Shown: positions 49,210 to 63,349 of the stretch, piece after piece | Layout of the letters: every line of letters begins with the position of its first letter | Numbering within the stretch: the stretch's first letter is position 1 | Source: Chrysomallon squamiferum | Taxonomy: Eukaryota; Animalia; Mollusca | Length of the DNA stretch: 64,000 nucleotides | Assembly: GCA_012295275.1 (NCBI GenBank) | Contig: CM022676.1 | Span: 13,144,001 to 13,208,000 of the forward strand | Direction of reading: 5' to 3' | The notes under the pieces: model-generated | The model's input: the letters and a program-made list of their open reading frames with translations, nothing else | Database searches by the model: none | What the model was told of the DNA's origin: nothing | Translations under genes and position numbers: made by a program

Positions 49210-51389
49210 TTTCAATATAACAATCCCGTTACCGGTCGAACAGTCAAGGCTAAATTACTATTTTTGAACATATCAGTGTCACGACAGTTATTTCCCATTC
49301 GGCAGAGACCAAGATTTTTACACTGGAGTATATATCATTCCATGATTAGTAATCTTGTTTCTTATTATCGAAATGATTTTACTGATTGTATTTTATTCAT
49401 ATTTTATTTGAAACATTATTACAAAGCCTTCAATTGTTCAAGTTCCACACAATGAAATCAAGTAATTCGGGAAGAAAAGCCAGTACAACAAGTGGACCGC
49501 TGTCAGTTGTTTGGAAAGTGTCTGTGACACTTATTTTATTCTTCAGCCGATTCCAAGTTATTTCAGGTATTACCATCATAATTATTCAGCTGCTGAAGTA
49601 TCATACAGACATTTACTTTGAGTGAAAGCAAAAGTAACTTTCAGTAAGTTCCTAACTTGAGTAAAATAGATTCATACGGTACCGAAATTAGAACGATATT
49701 TATTTGTATCTTTATTATTATTAGGTTTTTCTTATACCATAAAATAATTAAACACAGAATAGTCAGCAGAAAAAAAAAGAAGAAGATTTTAACCCTTTTC
49801 CACCACTGGGAGTAATAGGGTGCACTCATCTAGCTTTTCGTAGTAAAGCCACAATATTCAAATCTTACTTATTTTTAATGATTGCTGTTCCTGAATAGGT
49901 TTTAAATTTGGACATTATTTAAAACTGAGCTATTTCCCTTTACTGTATATTTCTCGGAGTTTTCAAAGAAGGGAGAAAAAAACGAATGAAAACTTTCAGA
50001 ATGAAAAAGGTGAGTTTACCGATTTATTCAAAAGCCACATTTTAGTAATGCATGTGAATTTAGAGTTGTTAAAGTGTTTACATTAATTTCATTGAATGTT
50101 AAAAAATCGATAAAATGTCTGATAAAAATTGTAATGCACTTTACTAGGATGCATTGGGAGCAAGTGGAGATATTGTTTTGTAAATGAATATATTCATTTC
50201 ACATCTGAAAAATGTTATTTATTTTTGTGTTATTTTTGGTATTGTCGAAGTTTAAAATATTTTCAGTTTTTTTAATTAACATTTTGCTCCCGTCATCGCC
50301 AGAAACTCCTTTTGTTTAAACATTTTTTTTTGTTTACATATACTAAATGAATATAATTATAATTCTATAGATAAAAGTTCACCCACAGTTCCATGTAATC
50401 CTACATACTAATACACAAACAAACATTTGAAGTATTTGTCTGAAAATATTGAATGTGGTAGTTGTTAATTTACTTTTCTATGTTACAGCAAAGACCCATG
50501 GTCAGTCATGTCCTGTCTATTCTTGAAGATGCTCATTTTTTTAAAGCAGCAATTTAACTTGCAGCTCAAGTTAATAGTTCACAATGTGATAAAGATGAAG
50601 TGTCATTCACAGCTTCTTGCAGATGCATAACTTACTGTGTTTAGCAGCAGTGGTCAGTGAAAAACAGATCCGGTCTTGGCTGCAAAATAAAACTAAACAT
50701 AACAGGATTGAAAAAGTTACACTGCTTTGATGTGACAACAACCACCACTACAACCAACACAGTTCATTTGAATTCAAGAAGATTTACCACTAGACCAACA
50801 AACACAGCAACTCCTGCCAGCTTTTCACAAATAAAGCTCGGGCCCTGCTGATGTCACTGACTACCAGATGTTCATCAGACAAATCTGTATGATAACAGTA
50901 ATTATAGTTGTGATAGAAACCACCAGGATATCAAAACGTTTTTGCCAGTTATCTGGCTGTAATTTATTGCCTCAACATCCAATGTACTGAGGAAGAAACA
51001 GCAACAATTGATCTCCACATCGCCGCAAAGTAATCAGACAGGGTAGAGAAGGATATTTCACTGGAAACATGATCTCTGTCACATTGAAACAAACTGAGAG
51101 AAGTGAAATAAAACATTGCCACATCTGTCTTCTTGATTTGTTTTTCATACTTTTATATCTTATTTTGATGTTATAACCTCTATTGATGCATTTCAAATGC
51201 ACTCAGAAACATTTATTTCAATATTTGTACCCATTTGTTTCCATTAAGTTGCACTATTCTAACTTTAAAATTATACAGTGTAAATTGAATATAAATCATG
51301 AAACAAGTCACCAAGAAATGATACTCAGGTAGACATGCATTAAGCCAGTACAGATATTTATAGTCCAAGAGCTGACTCATCTAAAAATA

Positions 51390-51817
51390 TGTTGTATCAC
51401 CCCAAATATTCAGAAGGTTTGATAGTAGATTTAATTTGGGCATCATCCCAGGAATGTTTTAGGACTGGTAGTACTGTCAAATTGTGATATCACAAAACTG
51501 AAGGGAGTAAAGGGTTGTGAAATATATATTTTACACTATACTCATAGTTGGTGGAGAAATACACAATGAATAATCAAATTCTTCCATATGCGATATACTT
51601 TTGTTTAAGTTTTTAGTATGTTTTTTCATGGTCTCTTGCTTAATTGTCTAATAATTGCTATGAGTATATTGTAAAATAGATGTTTTTGTACCCCTTGTCC
51701 CTTCTAGCAAATTAGTGATATCATAACATGAAAGTACCACTGGACTTAAAATCTTCCTTGGATGATGCACAAACTAAATCTACCATCAGACCTGATGAAT
51801 ACTCGGGGTGATACAAA
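51390..51817. mobile_element. Foldback/MITE-like element with ~100-bp diverged inverted repeats
   Basis: ttgtatcaccccaaatattcagaaggtttgatagtagattta...gtgatatcac (51391-51492) matches the reverse complement of 51716-51817. Confidence 0.7.
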
Positions 51818-53059
51818 ATCAATTTTAGTCTGCCATACTGTTTTGAATTTTTCACTTACTTTTGAATGCTTTATTTTATTCTCAGTTTGAGGTCCTGTCT
51901 GAATAAAAATTGCATGAATTGTTTTTATTGCACAAGTGTTATCTTGTATTTGTGAAAAAAGGGTTTAATCTCAATGGAAAGGCCTTGGTTAGCAACAATC
52001 TCATTTGTTTTTATCAAACATGTTTCACAAATATCATTCATATACTACTTTTTACACTGGTCATTTAAGCTCTATGAGCTTTCTTCATATAACAGTCTTG
52101 ACTAAACAGATGTTCAGTATCTTAGCTTCATTTGTTTGTCCAGTGTAAAAAAATGTTTGCCATACAAATGCAATGAAGTCTCTTGACTATTTTCAGATAG
52201 CAGACCACTTTCAAAAATTATCACTGGAAAGAGAAATATTTTGTCTTCTAAAGAACAGTAGAATTGAAGCAGAAAGCAACATCTGTTTAAAGGTTTTTGT
52301 ATTTGAACAATATGACCATTCTTTTCATAAGGTGTCAATTTGACCTCATCAAATTACTATAAATTTTCATTGAAATGATAATGATGCTGGTTATGTATAC
52401 ATTGTCTGATTATACATCCACCTTGGTTAATAAATCACCAAAGCTATTTAGGCATCACTTTTTGGCAAAATGTTAGTTTAAGACTGTGTATTGAACACTT
52501 TGGCACAAAGTCTATGAAGGTTTTGAGCAGTTATTTATTTCTAATGCCACAAAAAGCAAAAAGATCTAGTCACAGGACATCAGTTTCGAAAGTGTTGTGA
52601 TCTAAGAATATCCTTCATATTATTAATTGTTTAATCTGCAGTATTTACCTTTTTATTTGCTTTTTCTGTAATGGTAACATAGACCATTACAAATTTCCTT
52701 ATTCAGTCTCCTCTTTCATTTGACATTTGCTTCATTATATTGATAGCCCTATTCAAACAGATTCTTAGAAACAGATTCAAAAGTTATTTCTTAGTGAAAT
52801 TCAGCTTCTGCTCCATTTATATTCACATCAGCAAATGTGTAACTTTTGTAAGTACTATTACCCTGTAATATATATTCAGTTTTTGTCCATGTATTCTCAC
52901 TGGAAAATGCTTTCAGGAGGAAAGAGTAGTCGACAAATCATTTTATCATTATGTAGCCTTTACTGGCACTAAAATTACACTTAGAAGGAAGAAGAAAACT
53001 GCAGTTTGTTAAAAGATAAAAAATGTCCTCATAAAAATCAACCTGGCCTGCACAGAAGA

Positions 53060-53312
53060 CACTGAGACCTGCAACATGCTGAAGCTGAATACTGACACAA
53101 CTGAAGTGATGATTTTCAATTCTAAACACAATTCAAAGGACATTGACACCATATCAGTTTCTGTGGGTGATGCCTTCATAACTTGGTTGCAATGTATTAT
53201 GATTGATTCCACTTTGACTATGGAGTATCATGTGAATGCAATATATCAGTCAATCTATGCTCAGCTACAGCAAGATTGGTAGAATCAAGCAGTATCTAAC
53301 CAGTGATGCATG
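53060..53312 (+). mobile_element. L2/CR1-group LINE RT C-terminal fragment
   Basis: NMLKLNTDTTEVMIF...IDSTLTMEYHVNAI...IGRIKQYLT. Confidence 0.75.
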
Positions 53313-54584
53313 AAAAAGGTTATATATCAATATTATGGGTTAAATTTGTATGGAATAGGATCCAAAAATCTAGGGAAAGGAATCCAGTAAACTGTTTATC
53401 ACTAGTCATGTGAGAGAAATGTGCCATCTCATTACGACAGATATCTTTTCTCATAATAATTTCACTTTCAGCACTAACACTTCAGGTTTAAAGCAGAAAA
53501 GCAAAATACTAACTTTTACAATTGAAATATACAATAGTCTGTGCACAAAGGATGCAATTTTTACCCATTTATATATCTTAAATGAAAGATTCACCATCTT
53601 AGTATAAGCATTGTCAGTGTAGTTTGAGGGTTTGCCACATTTTTGTGGAATGGAGTCATTTTTGCCAAGACAAGGATGGATATATTTGATAGACATAAAT
53701 GGTGGAATTATTTAAATTCCATATGATCTTTCACTGGCATTTTGAAGAAAACTTCTGTAATAATAAATTTTAAACTTCATTTAAATGTGATAGATATTTT
53801 AGACAGCTCTATACACTGCATTTTGAATTTTTTATGTTATGTTACATTTTTGTATTATATTAATAATTGTCATACCTCTGACATTGGTAGATATCTGCTT
53901 TTCATTTTTCATTTGATTTTAGTTTAACGGAAAGCTGTGACTCTTATTGCAGTTAGTACTTGAATCATGGATGAACACTATTTTGCATTATTTTTAGATA
54001 AACCTCTAATATCCAGAATCTTTTAGAAATTAAATAAAATAGCATTTTAGGAAATATTTTCAAGAAATCAAACACACACACACACACACATGCCAGTCTG
54101 ATTATACCCAAATATAAAATGGACAAATTATTGTTAAAAGGATTCATTTTTGTAAATAAAGTAATGACATTTTCACGCAACTGGATTTTTCAAAAGGCAA
54201 TTACAGTTTTTGGACAATTGCATGTTCCTTACCACACAGAACAAATTTAAATTAGATAGGAATATTTGCTAATGTAATTAATAACATTATCATGTTCATT
54301 CTTAAACGAGTTCAGTTAAAATACTATATTTTGATAAGATGTTAACAAATATATATCTATATACTGGTCTGTACATATCAGAATAAGCTTACCATAGCAG
54401 AAGTAAATAATAGTCAATAATCAGTTATCTAAAAAGTTTATGTAGATACTTAATTTTGTTTTGGATTTGGTAATCATGCAAAAGGTAAAATAGGATATTG
54501 CTGAAACACCCTTTGAAGTGACTTGAAAAAAAAAAAAATTATATTATTCACATACTATTTCAGTTCAATGATAATCATAAACAT

Positions 54585-54624
<40 letters not shown>

Positions 54625-54942
54625 GTTCAGCTATATTGGAAATCAGTCCATGTGTTCCAAAGTGGTTTGAGGGAATGCCACTAAACTTAACATGTGTTTA
54701 CAAAAGTGGAAACATCGATAAAAGAGTGTATTTTATAACAAATGGTGCACCTGTTGTGCAGTGTAACAAAACTTTTGGCTCGTGTTTTAGTTTCCAGCCG
54801 GGATATGAGGTAATTGGAAGTTCTTCAGGATCTATGACTGTAATGATACAGAGTTTCAATGGATCTGATGATGCCACACAATGGAAGTGTATGGATGCTT
54901 CACCACCAAACCCACCAGCATCGTGCATAATTAATTCAACAA
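54625..54942 (+). CDS. Gene 4 V-like Ig exon
   Basis: Long poly-T acceptor; LNLTCVY...QCNKTFGSC...GY...MIQSFNGSDDATQWKC; 318 nt, phase 1-1. Confidence 0.8.
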
Positions 54943-56088
54943 GTAAATATAATTAGTAAAGTTGACAACATAAACAAATAAATTCATTCATTCATTAAAA
55001 ATATAGTAATCTTAAAATTTTTAAAAAAAAAGACTGAAAAAAAAAAAATAATTGTTTGCTTTTAATAAAATACATGATTTATTTTTCTTCATCATCATGA
55101 ATTTTGAAAATCATTTTCTTCATTTTGTTTTATTTCTTTATTTCTTATTTATTCATTTATTTTATTTTATGTATTTATTTATATTATATTTTTGTCCTTA
55201 TAAGTTTTTAAATTATAAATCATGGTCATCTGGGAAAATAAAATTAAATAGAATTAAAATCTTCCATCTTTGTAAGAAGTGTGTAAATAGTGAAGACACT
55301 TTCAGGGCTTAAGGCTCAACAAACTGATTTTACAGATCAGATGCACAATCAGTTAATAAACAGTTTAAATAATGTTCCTTAAAACTAAAATTATAGTTGG
55401 ATTTGGACATAAATATCTTCTAAAATTCATTTAATTTACAGAAACAAGTATATTGATACTTGTAACACAGAAAATAAAAAAGATAGAACAAAGTAGAGAT
55501 AGTTATAATTATGATGGAATTAGGTTAACATTTAGAAAAACAGGTTTTAAGTGGAGATAGTTAGGCAAAAACAGCAGACCTTAATGTCATACAGATGCTA
55601 AAGTGATAGAACAGTGCATCCAAACAGAAAATATAGAATATCTACCCACTCTGTTTTGAAACGTTTCCTACCAACTTGGATATCCTATTTTATGATTTTA
55701 AATTGTCATAACAATTTTACATGCCTTACATTGCTTGGATTGTAAATGAATTTTTCTGTCATTATTATATCTAGGACCCAGTGTAGGTTTTCTGCCTAGA
55801 TGTATTCATTTTATATTCAAATTATTGTTCAGTTAGTTTCAAGGACATCTTGTATAAAGCAGCTTTATGTTATGAATAAAAAATACAAATATATAAATCA
55901 GACAATATCAGATCACTAACAATGAAATAAGCATGACTATTGTGTACTGACACAAATTTCATAATTACACACTGGAATTTAGTCCTGAAAAAAAAAAAAT
56001 AAAAAAAAAAAAAAAAAACTAGTAAAACAAGATAAATAAATTTAACAAATATTATTATTGTTGCTGCAGTAATTATAATTCCTTTTAG

Positions 56089-56213
56089 TTTCAGCTAAGT
56101 ATGAAATAAAACAAAATCAGCTGGAATCATTAACTAATGTAAATCTTCCATTCAGTGTGTCTGTGACAGGTAACTGTATCTATCTGTTACCTACCTGTAC
56201 CTGGAAGTACAAG
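56089..56213 (+). CDS. Gene 4 first half of the second Ig-like domain (phase 1-0)
   Basis: SAKYEIKQNQLESLTNVNLPFSVSVTGNCIYLLPTCTWKYK|GT; phase matches the exon at 58053. Confidence 0.65.
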
Positions 56214-56311
56214 GTTTGTATCAAATCATTTCCTTTTTCTATTTACAGAAATCTTTACTTTGTATATATTATTAAATAGTACATGAAAAAAACAAAAAAA
56301 AAAAAAAAAAA

Positions 56312-56384
<73 letters not shown>

Positions 56385-57599
56385 AATAAATAAATAAATA
56401 AATAATAAATAAATAATAAAACATAAATAAATTACTTTATATGTGGATATTTTCTTATTTTTCTAATTTTTTAATTTTTAATATTTTTTTTTAATTTATT
56501 TTTTATAATAAACAGGTATATAAATGAAGAAATAATGTTAATTAAATGACCAGATTGGAAATAGCTTGTAGATACGTACAGATGCTATTGTTGTTACAAA
56601 ACAGCACAGATATGTTAAAATAAAATTAAGTTAATTATCTCATTGTTATAATAAGTAAATAAGTAAAAATGATTTTATATTATCTGAAGCAATATCTTGT
56701 AATATTCTTAAAAATGAGCCAGAAATGTTCTTTAATTTTAGATAATATGTTTTCACATAGTGCCTAAGATCTTCTTCATTTAATGAAAACCTGAAAAAAA
56801 AAAAAGTAAATAAAAGTCATATTTATTCAATATGTATAATAACTGAAATGCTCTAAGAACAGAAACGTTTGTTTGTTGTTTAAAAGATTTGATGTTACTG
56901 ATTTAACTGTAGCACACAGTCTGGGCTTATTTTAACTTAAAGTCACCATGTTGTGAGCCTAAATCAGTGGTCTTAAACTTAGGTGAGACAACTTTCACTT
57001 TGAGTCCCTCATGAATACTTCAGGGGTTAGAGAAGTGCATACTTTTATCAATGCTGAAAATATAGTAAACTACATTCTAACGGCAAAGTGCACACTTGAG
57101 CATTTTGGGGCATACACTGGACAAAATCTCAGCCAAGGAAGCTTTCAGCAATGAAATACTCAATAGAATACAAGAGATCTGAGACAAGATCATATATAAG
57201 CTATTAAAAAGAATACCTACACATAACACATGTGAAGTAATTAGATGAGATCTCTGTTTTTATATATATTTTTTATTTTTGTTCTTAATGATGGTGAACA
57301 TGATACTAAGAGATAAATGAATAAATATGGCTTAGTTTGCATATCACATTCAAAATGAATATGAAAAACTAATTACCTCAAACAACTCACTGATATCTTT
57401 GAAAATGTAAATGTGTCTAAACAACATCCTGTTAACAGTTTTTCTTTCCAAGGTAAATAACGTAAAATTCAGTCATCAGTATCAGATGTAGAGGAACCAA
57501 ACTAAGTTACATAGCCAGTCACTAAGTATAATCAAATACAAACAGTCTTAATATGCAAACTATATGTTTTATATTGTTACACACTACACAGAAATAATG

Positions 57600-57830
57600 T
57601 CTGTACATGCAATGTTGTCATGTAATGCCTTTATATGCAGTATGTTGTCACATAGTGTGTGTATATGTCCAGTATTTTGAGATACAGTGCTTGTATGTGC
57701 ATAGTATTCTGATATTGTGTCTGGTCATGCAGTATGTTGTCAAATAGTGTCTGTAAATACAATTTTTTGACATAATATCTGTGCTTGCAGTATGTTGTGA
57801 AATAGTGTGTGTACTGTATGTTGTCTTGTA
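57600..57830. repeat. Degenerate ~30-bp minisatellite (tgcagtatgttgtca-atagtgt...)
   Basis: Recurring unit visible several times. Confidence 0.7.
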
Positions 57831-58052
57831 TGATACAAATAAGCAACAGTATATTATCAATAAATAAATGATAGATGGCATATATCAGTGCAGGTATATA
57901 TACCTGTTTTATAAACAGGGTTTAGTGGACAAAATTTTAGATAAATATAATACTTAATGTTGTACTTTTTCTTATTTTTATATATATATATATATATATT
58001 TTATAAATTTACTTCATATATGTCCTTATCTGTGCAGTTTTTTGTCATGTAG

Positions 58053-58278
58053 ATATCCAGTGGCACCAAGAATAATGTTCCAGACACTCTGGCAAAGATA
58101 ACCAGTAACAATGATACATGTAACTCTACAGATGAAGAATCAAAGTGTACTTTGTCCTTTGACCAAATACCATCCGAGTTTGCAGGTCACAAAATTAACA
58201 TAATCCTGGAAATTGATCATCCATCATTAAAACCTGCTGAGCAACTGCAAATTGTGAGCCCTGAACTTACAATTCCAG
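58053..58278 (+). CDS. Gene 4 second half of the second Ig-like domain (phase 0-1)
   Basis: ISSGTKNNVPDTLAKITSNNDTCNSTDEESKCTLSFDQIPSEFAGHKINIILEIDHPSLKPAEQLQIVSPELTIP G|GTAAAT. Confidence 0.7.
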
Positions 58279-61200
58279 GTAAATACAAATACATATCTTA
58301 TTCAATTAAAACATGTTTACATAACATCTAACATCATCTTCCCTTTATCACTGATGTTCATAGCATTCTTTTATAGAAATGAGTAATATTTTTATTTTCA
58401 ATGTGTCTGTGTTTTGCATGTGTTTAGTTTAAAATTAAATATGACTGATAACATGACTGATATAATCTTTACACTGGAATGTTTTCAGATGCATGAAATA
58501 TCTGCTAAGTTTAGCATCTAAACTTTGATTAAATGCATGTATAAGTTTTACTTCAGATATGAGTCATTTTATATCATATCACCTCCCAAAAAGTAAAATG
58601 TTAACCTCACCTTCTGCCTTTTTTACATTACAGTGTTTTTTGCTAGGTATTTTGTGACTCAGAATTCTTTCATAATTCTGTGTATTTTCCTAAATCACCA
58701 AACAGGATACTGCTATAATAAAGTACTGAAACTAATGCTTCAACATCAACTTCAAGTGTATTTTACTACTAAACTAAAAATATTACAGATCTGGATTTTT
58801 TTATGTTAACATTTTAAGGGTTTACTTTTAGCTTGACAAGCGTTCAGCACCCCAGTCATATTAAAAGTCAAACAAAAGGTCAAAACTTTACCAAAATTTA
58901 TGTTGCACATGTCAGAGGAAATAATTAATGAATTAGCTTTCCAATGACACCAGTGTCAGCCAAATTCTAAGATGGTTTATATCCATTGGGTGATTACACA
59001 TGGAATGCCCCATATGTAAAAACAAAAATACCAACTATGTTATTTTATTATAAAATTCAAACATTTTGAGACTGTTATGTTATTCTGTCTTTTATAAATC
59101 AAAAGATGCAGTCTGTTTATTTCCTGAGCAGGTAAATTATTGTTGTATCTTGGATATTAGCATCATTTATATAATTTGTAATAATTTATAAAATGTTTAT
59201 CCTCATAAATTCAGAGATACAACCTAATTATCACTAAGATAGCAGTTGCAATATGAAATAAACACTGGGTATATTATATTCAAAAATATATTTTTCATAT
59301 TTGTTTTATTTTTAATCAATATTTTATTTTATTTTATTTTATTTTATTTTATTTTATTTTATTTTATTTTATTTGTTTGTTTGTTTGTTTTTTGAATGTT
59401 TATTTTCATACCATTTTTGCCAGTAATTGAATACTTTCAGTTGGTAATTGGATGCTGAAAGATGATTTAGAATCTATCATCATTTTGTGAGCAATTGCTA
59501 TTGGGTTATTCCCACTGTGGTAGAAGTTTAGAAACAGTAATAATTCTTACTTTCAGAATTGAATTTTTATTGACACATTTTTTCTAAATTGTGTACAAGA
59601 AATAGGATCGTTTGCTATTTTAAAAATTATTGACCAATTTTTTGGGGTGGGTTATTTTGTATGTTGTTGTTTTTTGTGGGATGGATTTAATTATATTTAT
59701 TTATTTATTTATTTAAGTAACACATTTTTAAATTTATTTACTTTTTTTTTTGACAATAGTCACTTAAAATAAAGAAATAGCAAAAATTATAATTTTGTAC
59801 TGTGTCATGTCTATTTTGAATGAAGTCATTAATGTTATATCTTTTAACATTTTGTATTGTATTATTATGTCATATTATTTATATATGTATCTGTGTGATT
59901 TTTGCACTGCTGTCTCTCCAGCCAGAGTGAACCAGAGACACTGAAGGAACTTTGTATATTGTTATATTTCAGTGATTGTAATTTAATTTACAGTAAGATA
60001 TTGTAATAAAGTTGAAGCTTTAACTTATTAACTTATAAACATATGAGCCATTACACACACAAGGAAAATATTGAGTTCAAACAAGTACGCTCATGTATTT
60101 TGGTTGTGTTTTGCTCTTGAACTTTTCAGTTACCTTTGGACTCATCCTCTGTATATATCTTCATAGTAATATATGCAAGTTTACATTGTTACTTTCTTTT
60201 TATAACCTAGGTTGTTTGAACTAAAACAAAATAATGTGTTTCAGTAATTTACATTGAAAGTGAAGCAACAAATAGGAGCTGTAGGTTGATTACTACCAGA
60301 AATCCTTGTTAAAGCATATTTTTTAATTCCTAAATAAAATAAAAGACAACAGTAGACTATAAAGGTAGCATTGATGATATCTTAATCCCTTTCAGCATTA
60401 GATTTGCTAAGTTATTTTAAGTTTCAGTGATGCAAGTCTTTTTCAGAATAGAATATACAAAATAATCAGATAAAAATGCTTGAATATGTTTATAAGAAAC
60501 ATTAATTAAATGACTGTAATAACTGACTTATTGAGATGGTGCAAAATTCAATCAAAAACCAAGATCAAATTCGCTTATAATCTGTACTCTGCGATTGATA
60601 GCATTTTGAACAAACAAAAAATGTAATTTGGTTAGTGGTAGCAGTTGTTACATTAGAAAGTAAATATTATGCTTAGTTTAAAATGCCACTCAAAATGAAG
60701 CACAGTTTGTCTAGTGATTGGCTGATATGTAACTGTCTGCCACTACCTGTGTTGGCAGACTAATAATAGGTGATGAAACCTATATTTGCATTAGCTGCAG
60801 TATGTTAAAATCACTAAAATAATAATCATCATGTATGTTAGCTAATATTTTAATACATGTCCACCAAGTTATCATCCAGTCTGCTAAATTAGTCAGACGT
60901 CAACAGTTTTCCAAGTGATCTAAGTTTAATACAGTTTAGCTGGATTACTTGATTATATGACTTGATTATAATCTTGTCTAATGATGACAGGTGTTCCCAC
61001 CTCTCTACTAATTTACCAAAACTTATGCTAGGTTACTTTTTTAATGATAACTTAACAGACATGTTTTTGAGTGTCACAACTCATGATTTTGCAGTGCAAC
61101 CGGTTTTGTGATGTAATAGAACACAGTGAAAGGGTCACTAAAGTTGTAAGTTAGTAGACAAGAAATATGTTTGACTGACAAGTCACTATCTGATATCAAA

Positions 61201-62708
61201 TAATTTTTGATAAAAATACAATAAGAAATATATTTGGTTTTTTAACAAAGTGTATGTAAATGTTTAGTGCTTGGAGGATACATTTTACTCAGCCTACAGA
61301 GTATTTTTAGGATGGTTAATTGAAGGGGCATGGAAGAAAGAAGAATATTCTATTTTTGCTGTCTTTCCAAATTAAAATGTAAAATAAGCAGATACAGCTA
61401 CTATTACCATAATTATTCTGAATTCAGCATGAAAGATTTCCGTGGAAGGGAAAGGGAAATAACAGATTTAATTTCACATATTTGTAGGCACCATATTTTA
61501 ATGTTGAAAATGTACAAGACACGAACAAATTCATTCATTTGCATGAATTTACTTCCTATTATTGAATTATAACTAAAATAAAAAAGTGAAAGATGAAATA
61601 AATTTCTCTGATCTTTTCCAGTAATTTTTTTTTTGGCACAGTTTAGGCATTTAAGCATATAAGTATACAAGTTTTTAAAAATCAGCCCATTATCTTTTGG
61701 GGAACATAAATAAATATTTATCACACATTATCAGTTTTGTGCCTTTTTAAGCTCAGATATAAGATTGATTATTGTTATCTTTTTATTTAAAAACAAACAA
61801 AGTTACACAAAAACTGTTTGATTGACATACTGGACATTTCAAGGGGTTAGAGCCAGAAGATGTTCAGTGTATTTTTTGTGAAAATGACATTTTACCACCA
61901 ATAGATGAATAGCTGTATATTAATCTTTGAAATATCAAAGAATCAGGTTAGTAGATAATAACTTTCTGAGATATTAATCAGGGCCACATAGTTGTAAGTG
62001 ATTATGGATAGTAAGTGGTCATGCCACTAGGTTGTAAGTGAATATTTGTTGATGCCAAAAAGTTGTGACTGCACTAATGATATTTTGGTTTCAGTGAAAT
62101 TAGTATGTTCACATATTACATTGTTTTGCCAGTAATGTTATAATGAGACTAAAGACATTATGGTCATGATTGTTTGGTAAATATATCAAAACCAAAAAGA
62201 CATGAGTGCACTTGCGATGTTCTGTTCCTATATACATGTCTCAATTCACTTTATGACAAAAGGACTTATTTACACTTAAGACTTTTTTAAGTCTGTGATT
62301 TTCATACACCAAAATGTTGTAAGCGATTCTGGGGGTGGGGTGAGCTAATGACTAGAACTGTTGTCAAGAAAAATTCTGAATAGATGAGTCTAAAAACAAG
62401 CAGTAAACGTGTGATTTCAAAAACCTGTGTCAATACATATACAAATGCCAGACAACTGAAACTTTGTTTTGCATTTTTCTCAGTTTGGCAAAAATGCAGT
62501 TACAACCTCATAGCTCTAACCCCTCAATTTATTTATGATACTGATCTATAAAAGAACATAGAAAATTACAAGAGATAAAACATTTAAAAAAAAGGTATTT
62601 TAAGGGTGGACTTTTGTCTATAGTTATAGATGTTCTATCTTAACAGTTTCCATCCTTACATAACTCTCAGTCAATGATTAGTCTCTTAACACTTTTCTTC
62701 TTTGACAG

Positions 62709-63349
62709 ATAACAGATCAACAAGTGTTCCTACAGTGCTACCACAATCAACTTCTTCCTGTAATTTAGTTTGTATTATCCTGATTACTGTTGTCAGTGTC
62801 ACAGGTGTTTGCATAATCATAGTATGTTGTTTGATATCACTAAGAAACAAAAATACAAAAAAGAACAATAAAAATGAAAATGTACAACTGGGCAGTGAAA
62901 TGAGCATTGAAAAGACTCACACGAAAGCAGCATCTTCTACTGATAACAAAGCAGAAGAAAACTGTAACATCCAAGAGAACATTGACAAAAAAAGTGATAC
63001 TGAAGATGTAGAAAGTTCACTGTCTTTCAAAGAAAGGATTCCTAATAAAGCTGGTTCAACCAATACATCCGGTTACCATGGAAATCCTGGAGCAGATGAA
63101 ATATCTGAAGATTACTCAGATAATCAGACCAATGTGCAGCCTGCAAATCAACCAGTTAGTAATGATGTCTGTGAAGAACACACAGAATATGAAGTCTGTC
63201 AACAGACAGTCAGTGATTCACTGAATAAAACTGATGATATGAGTGACAGTACAACAGTGAACCAACATCCTGTCAGACAGAATCACAATGATGTTGATCA
63301 TCAGATTAAAGAATGTTCAGGGATACATGTTACCATCATTAATGTTTAG
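62709..63349 (+). CDS. TM plus acidic-tail terminal exon (gene 4 or an adjacent gene), inverted paralogue of 27447-28093
   Basis: ttgacag acceptor, phase 1; SSCNLVCIILITVVSVTGVCIIIVCCLISLRNK; open to TAG; 3' UTR also homologous. Confidence 0.8.
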
